Part shown: positions 1 through 13,528 of the stretch, piece after piece | How the letters are laid out: each line of letters starts with the position of its first letter | How positions within the stretch are numbered: the first letter of the stretch is position 1 | Assembly: GCF_009834535.1 (NCBI RefSeq) | Contig: NC_045697.1 | Coordinates: 77,254,001 to 77,318,000, forward strand | DNA: 64,000 nt | Direction: 5' to 3' | Source of the DNA: Camelus ferus | Lineage: Eukaryota | The notes under the pieces: generated by a model | The model's database searches: none | Told to the model about the DNA's origin: nothing | What the model saw: only the letters and a program-made list of their open reading frames with translations | Translations under genes and position numbers: made by a program

Positions 1-154
1 GTACCTACAGCACTTGGCTGGTAACCAGCAATAACTTTCACCTGTTGACTTGCACTGTCTCAGCCAGGCCACATTTGTATCCCTTCTGATAAGCACTTGG
101 CATATAAGCCAGTTCTCTCGACTGACCTCAGCAGGACCCCTGAAATTATATTCT

Positions 155-187
<33 letters not shown>

Positions 188-290
188 TCCTTGGTTCCTT
201 CGTTCCTTCCTCCCCTCGGTCCCTCCCTCCCTCCATCTCTCCCTCCATCTCTCTCTCCCTCCCCCTCTGTCCTTTCTCTTCTTCATCCAA
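155..290 (+). repeat. (TG)n microsatellite followed by a CT-rich polypyrimidine tract
   Basis: About 14 TG units, then CCCTCCCTCCATCTCT-type low complexity. Confidence 0.9.
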
Positions 291-859
291 CAAGGAAATG
301 CTTTTGAGAGCAAAATTGTAAAGAAAGATTACAACCCAGAGAGAAAATGTTAGGCTAATTTGCTTTCCCTGCTCTAGTCTGTTACAAAACATTGAAATAT
401 TAGAGTGTATTGGCCAAAAACAAATTATTTGCAACTAATAAATTAGTTTCAGCATTATTGTATGAATGCAATTGCTTAATATTTGTTTGTAATAGAAGCA
501 CCTAATATCTTTTCCCTCTGATTCAGATCACTGGTACCTGGGAGCCTTCTTTACTTGGGTTTCAATAGTGTGGAGCTGGTTTTAACAGCTGTTTCTGTCT
601 TCCTAGGACCCCTGCCTTACTCTTCATTTGGAGACAGAGCCCACTGCTCCCTGCAGGTGTGGGCACAGCACACGGTAACCTGAGCCAGGTGCAGTTCCCC
701 ATTCCTTTTGCCACCAGGGTGACAGTCCAGCAAAGCAATTTAAAGAGTCGGGGCTTCTAACAGCTTGACTGTGTCACTTATTAGCTGTGTGACTGTAGAC
801 AGACTACTTAGTCTCCCTGTGTTCCAGTATTCTGATAATTAAAATATGAGAAATAACCT

Positions 860-1200
860 GCACATGGATGTTTGTAGCAGCTTTATTCATAACTGCCAAA
901 ACTTGGAAGCATCCAAGTAAGTTAGTCGATAAATTATGGTACATCCAGGCAGAGGAATATTATTTACACTAAAAAGAAATGAGCAATATAGACAATAGTA
1001 TTAGAATCATTGAACTTGCTGAGAGACTAGATCTTAATTATTCCCACCACAAAAAAGAAATGAAAATTACATGATATAATACGGAAAGGAATGTACACAT
1101 ATGGATAAATGAATCACTGTGCTGTTCACCAGAAATTAACACAACATTGTAAATCAACTCGAACCCATTAAAAAAAATAAAGTCTACATAAAAAAAGAAA
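860..1200 (+). mobile_element. L1 3'-end fragments
   Basis: 'atgtttgtagcagctttattcataactgccaaaacttggaagc' plus an L1 3' terminus 'acaacattgtaaatcaact' and an A-tail. Confidence 0.7.
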
Positions 1201-1790
1201 TGGGGAAGAGGCATGCTGGGTTAGCCCCACAGCTTGTTTACCAACTCCAGCTCTCTAGTGACTTCGTATTGTCAGTGCAGAGTTAATTTTCATGATAAGT
1301 TAAGTGATAAATACATTTGAATGGAAAAAAGGATAGGAAGCAATAGTGTGTACCTCAAATGTTTGCTATGAAGATTAAATAAGATACTGCATGTAAAACA
1401 TTTAGTTAATACAAAATGGTGGGAGGGACCATTCTAGACAGAATAACATGTGTTACGCCCCTGAGACCAAAAAAACTTGTCATGTTCTGGGAACTGAGGG
1501 ATGACTAGAGTAAGGTAAGCAAGGAAAAGGGGAGAGTGAGATGAGATTGAAGAGACAAACAGTGTCTAAGTCATGTAGCATCTCATCTGTCATGATAAGC
1601 TTTTATTTTGTTGAAATGTGAAGGGAATCCATCGAAGAATTTTAAGCAGAGGCTGTGGTGATGCTGTTTACATCTTAAGATCACCTCTGCTGCTTTGAGG
1701 AGGGTAGCATGGAGCAGACCAAAGGTAGAAGCAAATTGAGTTTGGAAACTGGTACAGTAGATGATGGTGGCCTGAGCCAGAGCATTAACA

Positions 1791-1865
1791 AAAATGCTTA
1801 GCATGCATGAGATCCTGGGTTCAATCCCCAGTACCCCCGTTAACAAAAAAAAAACAAAAAAAAAG
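1791..1865 (+). mobile_element. 5'-truncated tRNA-Ala-derived SINE (vic-1-like)
   Basis: atgcttagcatgcatgagatcctgggttcaatccccagtacc followed by an A-tail. Confidence 0.8.
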
Positions 1866-2165
1866 GAAAATGGATAAACTGTAGGTAGAATGGATGGCTT
1901 GATGGAATTGACAGGCTCAAGATGACCCCTGGGCTTGACTTAAGCAGCCAAGGAGATGGTGGATCAGTTATTGCAGAGAAAGAAGAGGAGGAGGTTTCAG
2001 GGGGAAATCAAGAGTTTTGTTCTGGATAAACTCACTTTCAGACGTGTGTGATTATGTAAGGGGAGATGTTAGTCAAGTATTTGGATGTCCTGGTCTGGAC
2101 CTCAGGAGCGGTCTGGCTGCAGAATTGAGGGGCTAGCAATAGAAGCCTGTTGGGTAGTATATTGG

Positions 2166-2395
2166 TTTTTTTTTTTTTTTATTGAGGTATAGTTGATGTA
2201 CAATATTACATGGGTTTCAGGTGTACAACACAGTGATTCACAATTTTTTAAAGGTTATAGTATCTGCTTATAGTTACTATGAAATACTGGCTATATTCCC
2301 TATGCTGTATAATGTATCCTTATAGCTTATTTATACATTGTAGTTTGTACCTCTTAAAATAGGTTGTTACCCCTGTCTTGCCCCTCCCCCCTCAT
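2166..2395 (-). mobile_element. L1 3' end, antisense
   Basis: Poly-T then 'attgaggtatagttgatgtacaatattac...ggtgtacaacacagtgattc'. Confidence 0.8.
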
Positions 2396-5300
2396 TGGTA
2401 GTGTGTTGAAGAGTGAATCGGGACCTTAAACTTACACAGCACTGTATGTCAGTTGTATCTCAGTGAAACTGGAAGGAAAAAAGTATTTAAAAAACAAAGC
2501 ACGAATGGGAGTTGAGGTTGAACCAGTGTAGACAAACTTTTCAGGAGAACATATGAACAGGACAGTAACTGAAGGGATATGTGGTTAATGGAAGGTTTGC
2601 ACTTCTTAAAGATGAGAATGATTAGGGCATATTTGCCTGCTGATATATTGAATGTGTAGAGTGTGAGAGGCAGTGATTAAGAGGAAGCTAAGATTTTGAG
2701 AAAGCTTTGAGGTATATAAGACGGCGAGCACCTGAGGAGGGGTTGGCCTTTGAAAAGGAAGGTCACTTGATTTCAGTAGGATGGAAGGAGGTGATGGTGA
2801 GGACAGATGGAGTTCTGTAGGTTTTATGGTGGGAAGATGAGAGAGTCGAGTTGGCCATGCAAGGTGGGTACACTGGGCAGGGCTTTGCAGGCAGAGACAG
2901 GAATAAGTGCAAAGACATGGAAGCAGGCAGCAGTGGGCCACAGTCAAGACACTGCACTACACCCCGCCAATCTGAAATAGAGGGTTGGGCGGTGGGCAGT
3001 GCTAGTGATGATAAGGTGAGGCTGGAGAAGTGGCAAGAATCAGCTCATGGAAAGTTGTCTTTGGTATTGTTTCTCATTGCAATGGAGAACAAATGGAGGT
3101 TTTTAAATCTAGAAATAGTTTGACTTTATGTGATTTTAGAAAGTTGGAATAGATCTTAACCTGGAATGGATTGGTGGGAGAGGCTAGTTCGGAAGCAGTT
3201 ACAGTGATCTAGATGAGATGGTAAGGATCTGAACTAGGGCAGCAGAGGTGGAGACAGAGGGGAGAGGATGGAGTTGGGGGCTCTGTAAGAATTAGAACTA
3301 GTAGGCCTCAGTGACAGTTCACTTGTAACTAATGGTCTACCAGTTGTTTTATGGAATATTAGTTGTTTAGGATAACTCTTAGGCCTCTAGTTCGAATGAC
3401 TGGTAATTAGTGGTGTGAGTCCATCAAGACAAGGACTGAAGGAGAAGATCAGGTTCCTGGAAGACCAAGACAGTTTAGCTCAGGAGGTACCTGTGGGCTG
3501 TCCCACTGAAGACATCTGGTCAGCCTGTCTGGGGGTGGTGAGCCTGGTTGCTCCAAGGATGCCCAACTGTGTCTGTTATCCTTCGATTCTGAACCTTAAG
3601 ATTTGCTTATTTGGGTTCAAACTCCTAATAATTTGGGGTTCTGTTAAACAATATGAAAAAAAAATGTTCCCCAAAGAAGTTTGATAATACATTATTAGGA
3701 TCCTAAAACTATTACTGCTTTATGATCCAGTCTACCCTAAAGAAAAGAAAATGCAAAGATTCATGTGCAAAGATGTGTAGAATCAATTTAGTTGTAATGG
3801 TGAAAAACTAAATATGATATGCATAGAAAATAAACTGGAAGGTGTACGTCAGTGTTCACTGTGATGATTCTAGGTGATGGCACTACTGGTAACTTATCTT
3901 TTTGAGAGTCTGTGATAGATTTTCTAAAATGAGCATGCAAGGAAAAACTTTGTAAAGTAGTGTATATAATGGAAATGTCCAGCAATAGGTAAATAATAAA
4001 TTCTGTTTTATCTTTATCTGTAGGATAAGTGGCTGTGGAACTATTTAAATTATTTTGTTTATGAGAAGTTTTTAATGAGTTAGGTCAATGCTTATAAAAC
4101 ATTAATGATCAGCTCTCAACTCTACGATTATATGAGCGTATATATCTACGAAAAGACCAGCATAAAATAAGTCAGAGGTTGAGATTGTGGATGCTTGTTT
4201 TCCCTGTTTAACAAGTTTTCCACAATGGCTCTTAATATATTTTTCTTTTTCTTTTTTTTTTTTTTTTAAGTTTTCTGGTTTCTATAGGGCTTTTGCTTAT
4301 TCTTCTACTTTCCTTGAAAAAGTTCTATTTTTTTCTACCACTTTAAAAAATTGTAGATTGAATGGTTTCCTTTAAGTGTTTGACAAACTCTTAAGTTTCT
4401 CATTATCATTGTCTTCCTTCTGAACATGACAAGGATCTTCACATGTTCTAAGAATTCACTGAGTATAACATACCAAATCTTGTTTAGCTTTTCACTCATT
4501 TTAACACACACAAAAAAAAATGGTTTAAAATTTCTTACAATAAACTCTGTTACTTCTGCTCTGGACTATTTAAAGGTAATTTGGGGGAAATGGTAAAAAT
4601 ATGATTCTCATACAGTTATACGAATAAACATGCATTAAAGAACTTATTTTACTCTCATGATATGAAGGAACTAGGCAGATACTATATCCCAGTTAAAAGG
4701 AAAATCAAAACAGCACAAATTTATATGGAGAAAATAATTTAAACTGAATTGCAGATAGAGATAAAACATGGTGTTTGGGGTTCGGGGGGGTCAATTAGAT
4801 TACTACCAGATTAGACAAAGCCTATATACCTGTCAGTTACCTTCAATTTACAGACAGTTCCAGAATGGCTCCAAACCAGTGAACAGGGCTAGAAAGTGAT
4901 AACTTGAAAAAGTGTGCTGTAGACGATGCACCACTTTCTATTGAATGCTTTTTCTGCCAGACCCAGTACTGGACCCTGGCCAACTCTCCACTTACTTGAG
5001 CCTTGCTGATCACATTGTTCTCTCTTGTTTTTGGTACAGGGAGACCCATGTGTTGGTTTTGAACATGGAGCAGAGGTGTCCATTAGGTGTTCATTTACAC
5101 CGTCTTAAATGGAAATTACATCTTTGTTTTATTAATATTTTTAATCTATAATGTGACAAAGCTCTAGAAGCAATCAGATCTCGTCAGTTGGCCCCAAAAC
5201 GTGACTATGATACGTCTCCTTTCTACTAACACTTGACTCCCTTTTCCTTTGATGCTCAAACAGATCTCTCCTGTATTAATGTTTCCCCTCTTCTAACTAT

Positions 5301-6107
5301 AGCCCTGCTTCCTTTTTTTTTTTTTTTTTAACTGTCAAACTTGTCCCCTTCTTTTTCTCACAACCCATTTCTTCCCGAACCCTCCTCTGCCTGTCAAAGA
5401 TTACAGTAGCTGGTACGTCTTGAAGCTGGGCTTCCGTGTTGGTTCTGACAGCAAAGCCTGTGCTCTTCCCACTGGACGATCCTGGCCCCACAGGAAAACC
5501 TCAAGAGGAAGTGGCATTTGAGCTGGGCTTGGTGTTAGGCAGAAGTGGGTGAAGAAGGCACTTTAGTTGGTCAGTGGCACTCAGCTGGTTGGGCTGGGGC
5601 CCGAGTTCCCGCTGTAAGGGAATAGTAAGTGATAGAGCTGTAGGATGGGTCGGCTCACACTGCGCATGCTGGGCTCACAGACAGTATCTTTAGGCTTCCT
5701 TAGTGCTTTGTTTTGTTTAACCTTGTAGCAGCTCCGCAAGATGGATGTTGTTACCCCCACCTAACCCCTGAGAGAACGAAGGCACAGTCCTGTGACTTAT
5801 CTGTGGCCTCCTGCTATTGAATGGCTGAACTGAGTTTAGAATCCCAGTCTTTTCAACTCGGGGCTCACTATTCTCTCTACTTTATGTAAGCTGGTGAAGT
5901 CTCAAGGGTTTTAAGGGTGTGGAGTGATTAGAATTGTATTTAGGAAAAATACGTGATAAAAGGAAATCCTAGGTCATCTTTTGACCTGATACCAAGTATC
6001 ATTTGAAGGCAGTAACCCTTGTCCCAGGTCTAAAATTCGGAATTCAAAATGATTCTATGCAGAAATTTAGAAATAGTGTCCTGAAGGCCATGAGGGTCTG
6101 CTAGAAC

Positions 6108-6350
6108 CCAGCTGCTCAAAAGTGGTCCTTACACCTGTAACTTCAGTGTAACCCTGGGGCTTATTAAAAATGCAGATTCTCACACCTCTTCCTTTGACTT
6201 ATTAGATCAAAAATCTCTGGGGGTGGAGTCCAGGAATCTGTGGGGTTTTTTTTTAATTCTTATTTTCATAAAAGAGTAGTTGATTTACAATGTTAGTTTC
6301 AGGTGTACAGCAAAAGAAATCTGTTTTACCAAGCCCTGTCTGTCCAGTGG
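6108..6350. mobile_element. MER5A-like hAT MITE with a short antisense L1 3' end inserted (about 6245-6315)
   Basis: cagctgctcaaaagtggtcc...aaaaatgcagattct...ggggtggagtccaggaatctg. Insert flanked by aggaatctgt/agaaatctgt. Confidence 0.65.
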
Positions 6351-6644
6351 ACAGTATTGTCATTTCCCGGTGACTCTTAGGTGCAGGAGCGTGAGGAGCT
6401 CTGGTATTTCTCTCCAGCCACTCTGCCCTCTTTCAACATGTCCTAGTTGTCAAGTGGTTGCCTCTAAAATGATTTCCTCAATAGTAGTGCAGAGACTTCA
6501 TCAGCACATTAAACAATACATACTTTATGATCAGGAATTACCATCATTGGTACCTATATAAACTGTCTTTAGCAGACTCAAGCATAAAATGTAACTCACA
6601 TGTAAAGGTCGTAATACATAGGGAAAAGTCTGGAAGGATACACA

Positions 6645-7080
6645 CCGTTCAGGAAAAACTACTCCTGACACTTATTAAGGAATTTAAGGTAGGCTTTTTT
6701 CAAGGGCGCTGCTACAGTGGGAGTTTGCAGTAGGGGAGAGAGATTGGGCTCACCTCTGAAGACAACAGAACAGTGGGGATTTATATCCAAGAGCAGTAGT
6801 TAGGGTGGGTATCAGTGGATGGGAAATGACTAAGGATGGGGTGATTCTTTGCCAAGCTGACCTAGCAGGATTCTTGTTGAAGGCAGGCTGGGATGATCAG
6901 ATAATACCTGGGGAATGGCGGAGGGTAAGGAACTTGATCAGATATTGAGGATGGGGGATTCTAGCTAAACCAATGTGACCACATTCTTGCTAAAACTGGG
7001 CTCCTGGAGGGCATGCACAGGGACGGGGTTTAGTCCGGCTCAGAGGAGCCCGACTAAAGTTTGGTCAAGGAGAGTCACCA
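6645..7080 (-). mobile_element. MER31-like ERV1 solo LTR
   Basis: Reverse complement starts gactctccttgaccaaactttagtcgggctcctctgagcc, the recalled MER31 5' motif. Confidence 0.65.
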
Positions 7081-8004
7081 CTACGGTGATTATCTCTGGG
7101 AAAGTTGTGCGATTGTGGAGAAGAAAAGGGAGGGGCTTTAACTGTTACCCTCTACATGTTTAAATTATACTTTCATACACGGAGAACAATTTATATCATT
7201 ACATTTTTTTTAAGTATTTTGGTAGAGAATCAGTTCTGATGTATTTTCACGTGGATACGTTTTTCTCAGTTTCACTAAAAGTAATACACAGCGCTGTAAG
7301 AGCCCTCATCCGCACCTGGAACGCCTGCGTGTTTTCACTCATTGAGGTTGCATCATCTATTTTAAGAAATAATGAGCTTTTTTTCCTTCTCATTTTAGTA
7401 ATGAGTTATATTTTTAGAAATAAAATTCAAATGACCAACTTTATATTGATGTCACAGGCGATATTTTGTTGAAACCAGTTGCCTCTATTGTGTTTAATAC
7501 CAGAAATACACATTTGAATGATGAGCTTGTTTTGATTTTGAGCATACTGGAACATCATATGAGAATCAGTGTCTTTGTTTTATTTTTCATATCAGTGAAC
7601 ACATTTGTAACTACTGATTTATTATTTTAATAGGGCACCCTTATATAAATGAAAGCTTGAAAAATACAATTTATAAAAGAATTTTTCATTGCATAATTAC
7701 TGGCAAACTTACTGTTAATAAACTTTTTGCAAGGTGAGACGTGAAAAAAAATGGATCAATGTGAAACAGCTACCATGTTGTGAGTGTGGTAGGAATTCCT
7801 CTGGGACAAGTTCTTTCTGAGTTCTGAATGCCTCTGAACCGGTTCTTCAGTTCCCTTTCTCTCTACCACCACAGTCTCTTCACACAGTATCTCACCGTGG
7901 TGTCATTTGGTCTTCCTTACACACCAAGATCATTGTAAACACAAACACCACTACAAACCCTAAAAATAACGTTCCATGGTAAGGCAGCCATTCACGTGTT
8001 CTAG

Positions 8005-8210
8005 ACCCAGTGGCGCTGCCGGGTGGAGCTCTCTGTGATGATGGACGATTCTGTTCCTGTGCTGTCCAGTGTGGTAGCTACTAGGCACGGAGCTGTTGAG
8101 CGCTTGAAATGTGGCAAAGGTGACCGTGAGAAACGGAATTTTTCGTGTTACTTAATTTTAATTTAACTTTAAAGGGCCACACGTGGCTCGTGGCTACCAT
8201 ACGGGGCAAC
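8005..8210. mobile_element. MER3/MER33-like hAT-Charlie MITE
   Basis: gtgctgtccagtgtggtagctactagg...gcttgaaatgtggc...ccacacgtggctcgtggctacc. Confidence 0.65.
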
Positions 8211-8375
8211 ACCGAAGGGTTTAGTGAGCATCTCTAAGGGCTCACCTGGGAGTGCGTGGGACGCTGAAGTTTTCGTCCTCATACAACATTAAAAGAAGCT
8301 TCCGGTAAAGACATTTATTTCATTCAGCCTCCCTACTTTTTCTGAAAGAAAAAAATAATCTTTTTTTTCTTACAG

Positions 8376-8451
8376 ATTTTGTGTGTGAAACTGTGTGGAA
8401 ATCTGAAATACTATCAATCAAATCTGTATAGTACAGTGGTGCCACCTGATG
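8376..8451 (+). CDS. MCUB: MCUB exon 2 (76 nt), ILCVKLCGNLKYYQSNLYSTVVPPD
   Basis: Acceptor tttcttacag| at 8375, donor G|gtaag at 8452. Phase joins exon 3. Confidence 0.93.
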
Positions 8452-8943
8452 GTAAGCTTTCTTATCACTTTGATTCCTCAGCTATTTCTGTTCTTCCAAA
8501 TAAAGTGAGAGGGGTGTTTCGTGCAAAAGAGACTTTTCTTGCATTGTTCTTCCCACACCCTGCCCTCAGAGTTCAGTTCCTTCCTTTTCTGCTCCCATAA
8601 GATCTCCAGTGTCTTTTGGCAAACTCCTACCCCAAAGATCAAAGGAGTTACAGATGAATTAGAAGCAGTTTCTACCATCCATCCATTTTAACCTGGGAAG
8701 ACTCTAAGCAGATAATTAAAATATTAAAGTGTAATATGTGGTTAATAAAATGTTATAGTATGGTGGGGAATATGTGAACTAGTATAATGAAGGCACTAAA
8801 TAGGAGCAATGTAAATTATTACAGGATTTCAAAGGGTTATAAATTCCATATTTAGGCTTTCCTTCTAGAATCTATATTGTAAAATTTTTTTAAGTAAGTT
8901 TTATCCATTACTCTATTATCATCGTTTTTTTTTTTTCTAACAG

Positions 8944-9114
8944 AAATCACAGTTAATTATAGACATGGTCTTCCCTTGATAACACTTACTTTGCCATCCA
9001 GAAAAGAGCGCTGTCAGTTTGTAGTGAAACCAATGTTAACAACAGTTGGTTCATTTCTTCAGGACCTACAAAATGAAGACAAAGGTATCAAAACTGCTGC
9101 CATCTTCACAGCAG
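8944..9114 (+). CDS. MCUB: MCUB exon 3 (171 nt), EITVNYRHGLPLITLTLPSRKERCQF...AAIFTA
   Basis: Poly-T tract then ctaacag| acceptor; donor CAG|gtat. Encodes the MCU-family N-terminal LPSRKERCQF motif. Confidence 0.95.
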
Positions 9115-9284
9115 GTATATATATGTTTTTTTCAATTTTGCCCTTTTTTCTTCTTCTGAAACTTTGTTTTGATTCTTTACTTTTCTCAAAAGTTGATTTT
9201 TAATTCACTGTATGATAAATGGTTGGCCTTCAGAGTCCTTCATTTTTCTACATCAGTAATGTAACAAAAAAAATAAATAAATAA

Positions 9285-9418
9285 GGGGTAGGGGATAGCT
9301 CAAGTGGTTAAGTGAATGCTTAGCATGCACAAGGTCCTGGGTTCAATCCCCAGTACCTCCTCTAAAAATAAATAGATAAATAATTCTAATTACCTCCCCC
9401 ACCCCCTCCCCAAAAAAG
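9285..9418 (+). mobile_element. tRNA-Ala-derived SINE (vic-1-like)
   Basis: A box tagctcaagtgg, gcttagcatgc arm, B box ggttcaatcc, then AT-rich and C-rich tail. Confidence 0.9.
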
Positions 9419-9767
9419 TTGTCAAAAAGAATTAACTCTATTGAATAAAAAATAAATGGAATAAGTTTAATGCATGTTTTAGTTACTTATTTCATAAACT
9501 TAGCCCCAAAATTTTCCTCTGAGAAAATTTTAATGACACAGTCATTAGCATCTAGTTTTCAGCAAAACTTGGATAATTAGAAAATGAAAAATGAGTTCAG
9601 TGATTAGATAGCCAGTGAATAAAATACACAAATAGTTTATTAATCTTTGTTATAAAGTGATTATGGTCTAGTGTGGTTTTTGACAGAATTAGTTCTCAGG
9701 AAGAATATGTATATAGTTTTAATACTAACAGGTGGTTAATCACATAGACATTTAAAATTTAGGATAT

Positions 9768-10056
9768 ATTTAGGATATAGAGAAGGATATATTTAGGATA
9801 AAGGGAAGGGATAAATTGGGAGTTTAAGATTTGCAGATAGTAACTACTACGTATAAAATAGATAAACAACAAGTTTATACTGTATAGCACAGGGAACTAT
9901 ATTCAATATCTTATAGTAACCTATAATGAAAAATAAAAGGAACGTATGTATATGAATGACTGAAACATTATACTGTACACCAGAAATTGACACATTGTAA
10001 ACTGACTACACTTAAATTTTAAAAAATTTAAAAAACAAAAAAATAAATAAGTACAA
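9768..10056 (+). mobile_element. 5'-truncated L1 3' end with 15-bp TSD
   Basis: TSD TAAAATTTAGGATAT at 9753-9767 and 10057-10071. Body resembles the L1 end at 59150-59435. Confidence 0.85.
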
Positions 10057-10366
10057 TAAAATTTAGGATATTGTTTTTGTCCTTGTGGTCTGAGGACATA
10101 AAAGCAGGTCCTGTTGCCCCTAAGACAGAATAAAGAATTCTTTACCCCAGCCCAGCATCCAGAGGCTACAAACACAGATAAATAAGTTTGCACTCTTCAT
10201 TGGAGTATTACATGCTTAGAATAAACTTATTTAAAAGTTAATGATTACTATTACAGTTCTGAAAAGGAAATAAAACATTCTTCTTCCCTGTCCAAGTGCA
10301 GGACCAATTAAGGAATAGATACAGAAGTTAGAAAACTCAACAGATATTTATTGAACACCTAACAAA

Positions 10367-10660
10367 TGTTGACTTGAAATAAATGGACTGCTGGGTATTT
10401 CTCCAGCAAAGATGGGTTTATTCCAGATCAGTGGAGAATTGTATTCAGGATCTGCAACCATAGCACGTGTGAAGATCGCAGGGCAAGGGAAGGAGACCGC
10501 TTTTATATAGGGGAAGGCAGTTGGGAGGATGGTAGGTAGCATGCTGGGGAAGAGGAGCCCTCCTCCTTCTATTGGGCTTTGCTATCCTCCCGGGCTGTGA
10601 GGGCGCCCCCTCTGGCCTCCTGACTGTTTAATCGAGTTTGTGTGTAATCTTTTACATTAA
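10367..10660 (-). mobile_element. ERV-type LTR fragment
   Basis: On - strand: CTATATAAAAG TATA box (about 10500), AATAAA (about 10417) and an ...AACA terminus. Confidence 0.6.
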
Positions 10661-11099
10661 CACATGCTGGGCACTGTTCTGGATACTAGAAGTAGAGCAA
10701 AGCACAGTAAAGTTACAAGCTCCATAAGAGCAGGAGTTTTTATGTTTAAGAGGAGAAAGAAACAAGGGAAAGAAATGACATATATACTATGTTAGATGAT
10801 AAGTGTCGCAGAGAAGAATAAAGCAGAGCAGTAGGGGAGGGCTGCGTGGGAGTGTGTGTGTTGGAGGGAGATGCTCACTAAGGTCGCATCTGAATACAGA
10901 CCTGGGAGAGATGAGAAAAGAGGTGAGTGGGAGAAGAGCTCTGCAGGCAGAGGCCCTGAGGTGGGAGCAAGTAGGAAGGGAGGGACACCAGGGAAAGCCC
11001 TAGGTTTTGTAAAGTAGGTTGTTGTAAGGATTCTGGATTTAACTGGAAGGGATGTTTCTTCCTGGTAAAACCCTGATCAGAGAATAAAGTTTTAGTTTA

Positions 11100-11492
11100 T
11101 GAAATAAAAAATACATTTTATATCAAGACAAGGAAAATTTGAACATTAAAAAATTTCTCTGCCCTTTGGCCTCTTCTGTCCCCACTGTGCATTGTGTATC
11201 TGCCTTATTCACCCAACAAACCTCTCCCAGCGGCAGGAAAACCTGCTCGGCCATAAGAGCATCAACAAGACAGCTCCCTAAAAGATCTTGTAATGAGGCG
11301 TAGATCTGAATTCTGTAGACGTCATGTAATGTACAGCCCTCTGTCTCAAACTTAGCTAACTGTGCCTTGGCTTCTAACAGGCTGATTAGTTCTCAGAGCT
11401 TCCTGAGATGCTCTTCCTGGGTTATAATCCTCAAATTTGGCTCAAGTAAAATTTTCCTTTTCTTTCTAAGATCGACTGATTAACTTTTTGGC
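11100..11492 (+). mobile_element. Probable ERV1-type solo LTR
   Basis: TG...CA ends and LTR-like 3' phrase 'ttctcagagcttcctgagatgctcttcctgggttataatcctcaaatttggctcaagtaaa'. TSD not confirmed. Confidence 0.5.
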
Positions 11493-13528
11493 AATAAGTT
11501 GTATGGCCATGATGTCCTAAAACTTCATCCATGACGTCAGGAACACTGGACGTCCCCTGGACCTTCCCTACAGGGCAGGGCCTGCCTTCCTCAACTTCTG
11601 AGAGCAGGCGGATGCACACCCAGAATCAGAAGGGCACTGAAGCACAGTGCTTGCCTGGAGAATGCGCTCACCGCCTGTTGGTTAAGTGAATGAAATCAGA
11701 GAGGTTAAAAATTGACGTGTACCCTGTTTATTTCTAATAAATAATTTGAGTAGCTTAGAAACATAAAACACAAAGGAAAACACTAGAAATCTTAGAGAAA
11801 AGGGGCTCTTCAGACTGAGTGAAAACACTTTATTGGAGTTTATATCAGTATCTGCCCAAGAATAGGTGAAAAATTCATCACTATCATTAGCTCTTGAAAA
11901 GTGTTTCATATCAATCTCTTGCTGTTCCCATACAGTGTGAAGGATAATGTAGTACTTCAACTGACAAATCATACTCAGGTGATTTCTTTTCATAGTACTA
12001 TTTTAAGGAGCAGATTTGAAGTCATTTAAATGTAAATTTTTAAATGACACTTGCAAAGTCAGATAAAAACGATTGGTGTGTTGCTGATTGTCTTAAAAAG
12101 AGGCTCTGTGGGTGGAATTTGCCTGCATGTAATTGGGGCTTCAAAAGAGTGTTCTAAGCTTATCACAGTTTTGCCCATAGTGTGGGCTGAATTATTTGGC
12201 AATTCCTGGGAAGATGATCTCACCCCAGCTGATGAACGGGAACCCAAACAGCGAAATTCTAGGAACAGACCCAGGTGCAGACTTGACTTGCTGCCTTCTG
12301 GAACAAAAGAACTGCCAAGCGCCAGACAGGAGGCCGGCAACCAGGTTCTTCCTGACTTTACTAGCAGTGTGCCTGCTGTCATGCATATTAATGTAGCTGA
12401 AACAGCTCTGGTTACATGTAGCCAAGCTCGTGCCAGGCCAGGCGAAAATACCCACCCTGGGCTTTATATCACATAGTTGTATAGTATACATAGTGTGTGT
12501 ATATGTAGTCTGTTCTGAAAGAACAATTATGGAGAAACCCCTACCAATGCCAGTTTTTTGCTTATTCAGTGAGTTTGCTTTCTTAACACCTGGGTTATAT
12601 TAAAGCTCAAAAATACAGCAACAAAAACTAGGCTATATCAGAAGCTGTGCAAAGTGCACACTGACTTTGAAATTTTCCTAGTTTTTTTTTTTTTCCTGAA
12701 ATGTTCCTAAGGTATTTGTAATTATTAGTAGAATCTCTCCTACCTCTCTCCACCTCCATAAAATACAGCACACAAAGGCATATTCACTCCGTAGGTTTAA
12801 TTATGTTCGTTACTATCCCAGCCACCTACCCCCCTCACAGTTTTGCCTTTTTATCTTTCCTGAGCTGGAAAAGGAGGGAGCCCTGTGTGGTGGTGGTTTG
12901 TGGTGCTGTTTGGCTTCCAGGTTTTAGCTAACACACATCAGTCACCTCTGGTAATTAAAAATAAGAGAAAGGTAGGTTTTTAAAAATGTTACTCCTGCCT
13001 GTATGCCTTCACATACCAATCAGACATGGACTCTGGCTAAGCAGGGGGATGTCAGCAGGCTCTCTGGTTGGAACTGACAGAAGGGTCTGGTACTCAGAAG
13101 AGGGCAGGAGCTGAAGGAGGAGTGGAGTAAAGAGGTTAGCCTGGGATGGCCTGATGGGCTTTGCTGCTGACCCCCTCCCACCACCAGCTGCCACCTCCAC
13201 TGCTCTGGCCTTGCTGTGAAGAGTTCCCACCTCCCCGGAATTTGTGCATAACTGTCTGCAGTTAGGGTCTCGCCAGAGGCATCAGTCTGGATCCCAGCCC
13301 AGCTGACAGAGTGGGAGAGAGAGCACATGCCTGTTCTCCTTGGTCTAGTGTCGTGAGCAGTGGAGCAACAAGGAAAGATGCCTCCCAGTGGGAGCAGTAT
13401 TGGGGACCCCCTCCCAAAGGCCAGTGTCCACTACTGTACTGTAAAGACCTGGATTAGTAAGTACGTTTCTATACGCTGGGAAAAGGTTCTTACTGTTCTA
13501 AAACAAGGACATATTTTTTCATTTTCAG

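Larger units (their letters stand above)
1400..3480 (-). mobile_element. Degenerate L2 LINE fragments with nested SINE and L1 pieces
   Basis: Purine-rich L2-antisense phrases (gaagaattttaagcagagg, ggggaaatcaagagttttg). Boundaries approximate. Confidence 0.5.

Noticed and set aside
50..434. ORFs with VC/HT/PPS repeats
   Set aside because: Translations of the TG microsatellite and the polypyrimidine tract.
12051..12491. Four overlapping ORFs up to 141 aa in MCUB intron 3
   Set aside because: No recognisable homology or convincing splice signals; consistent with chance.
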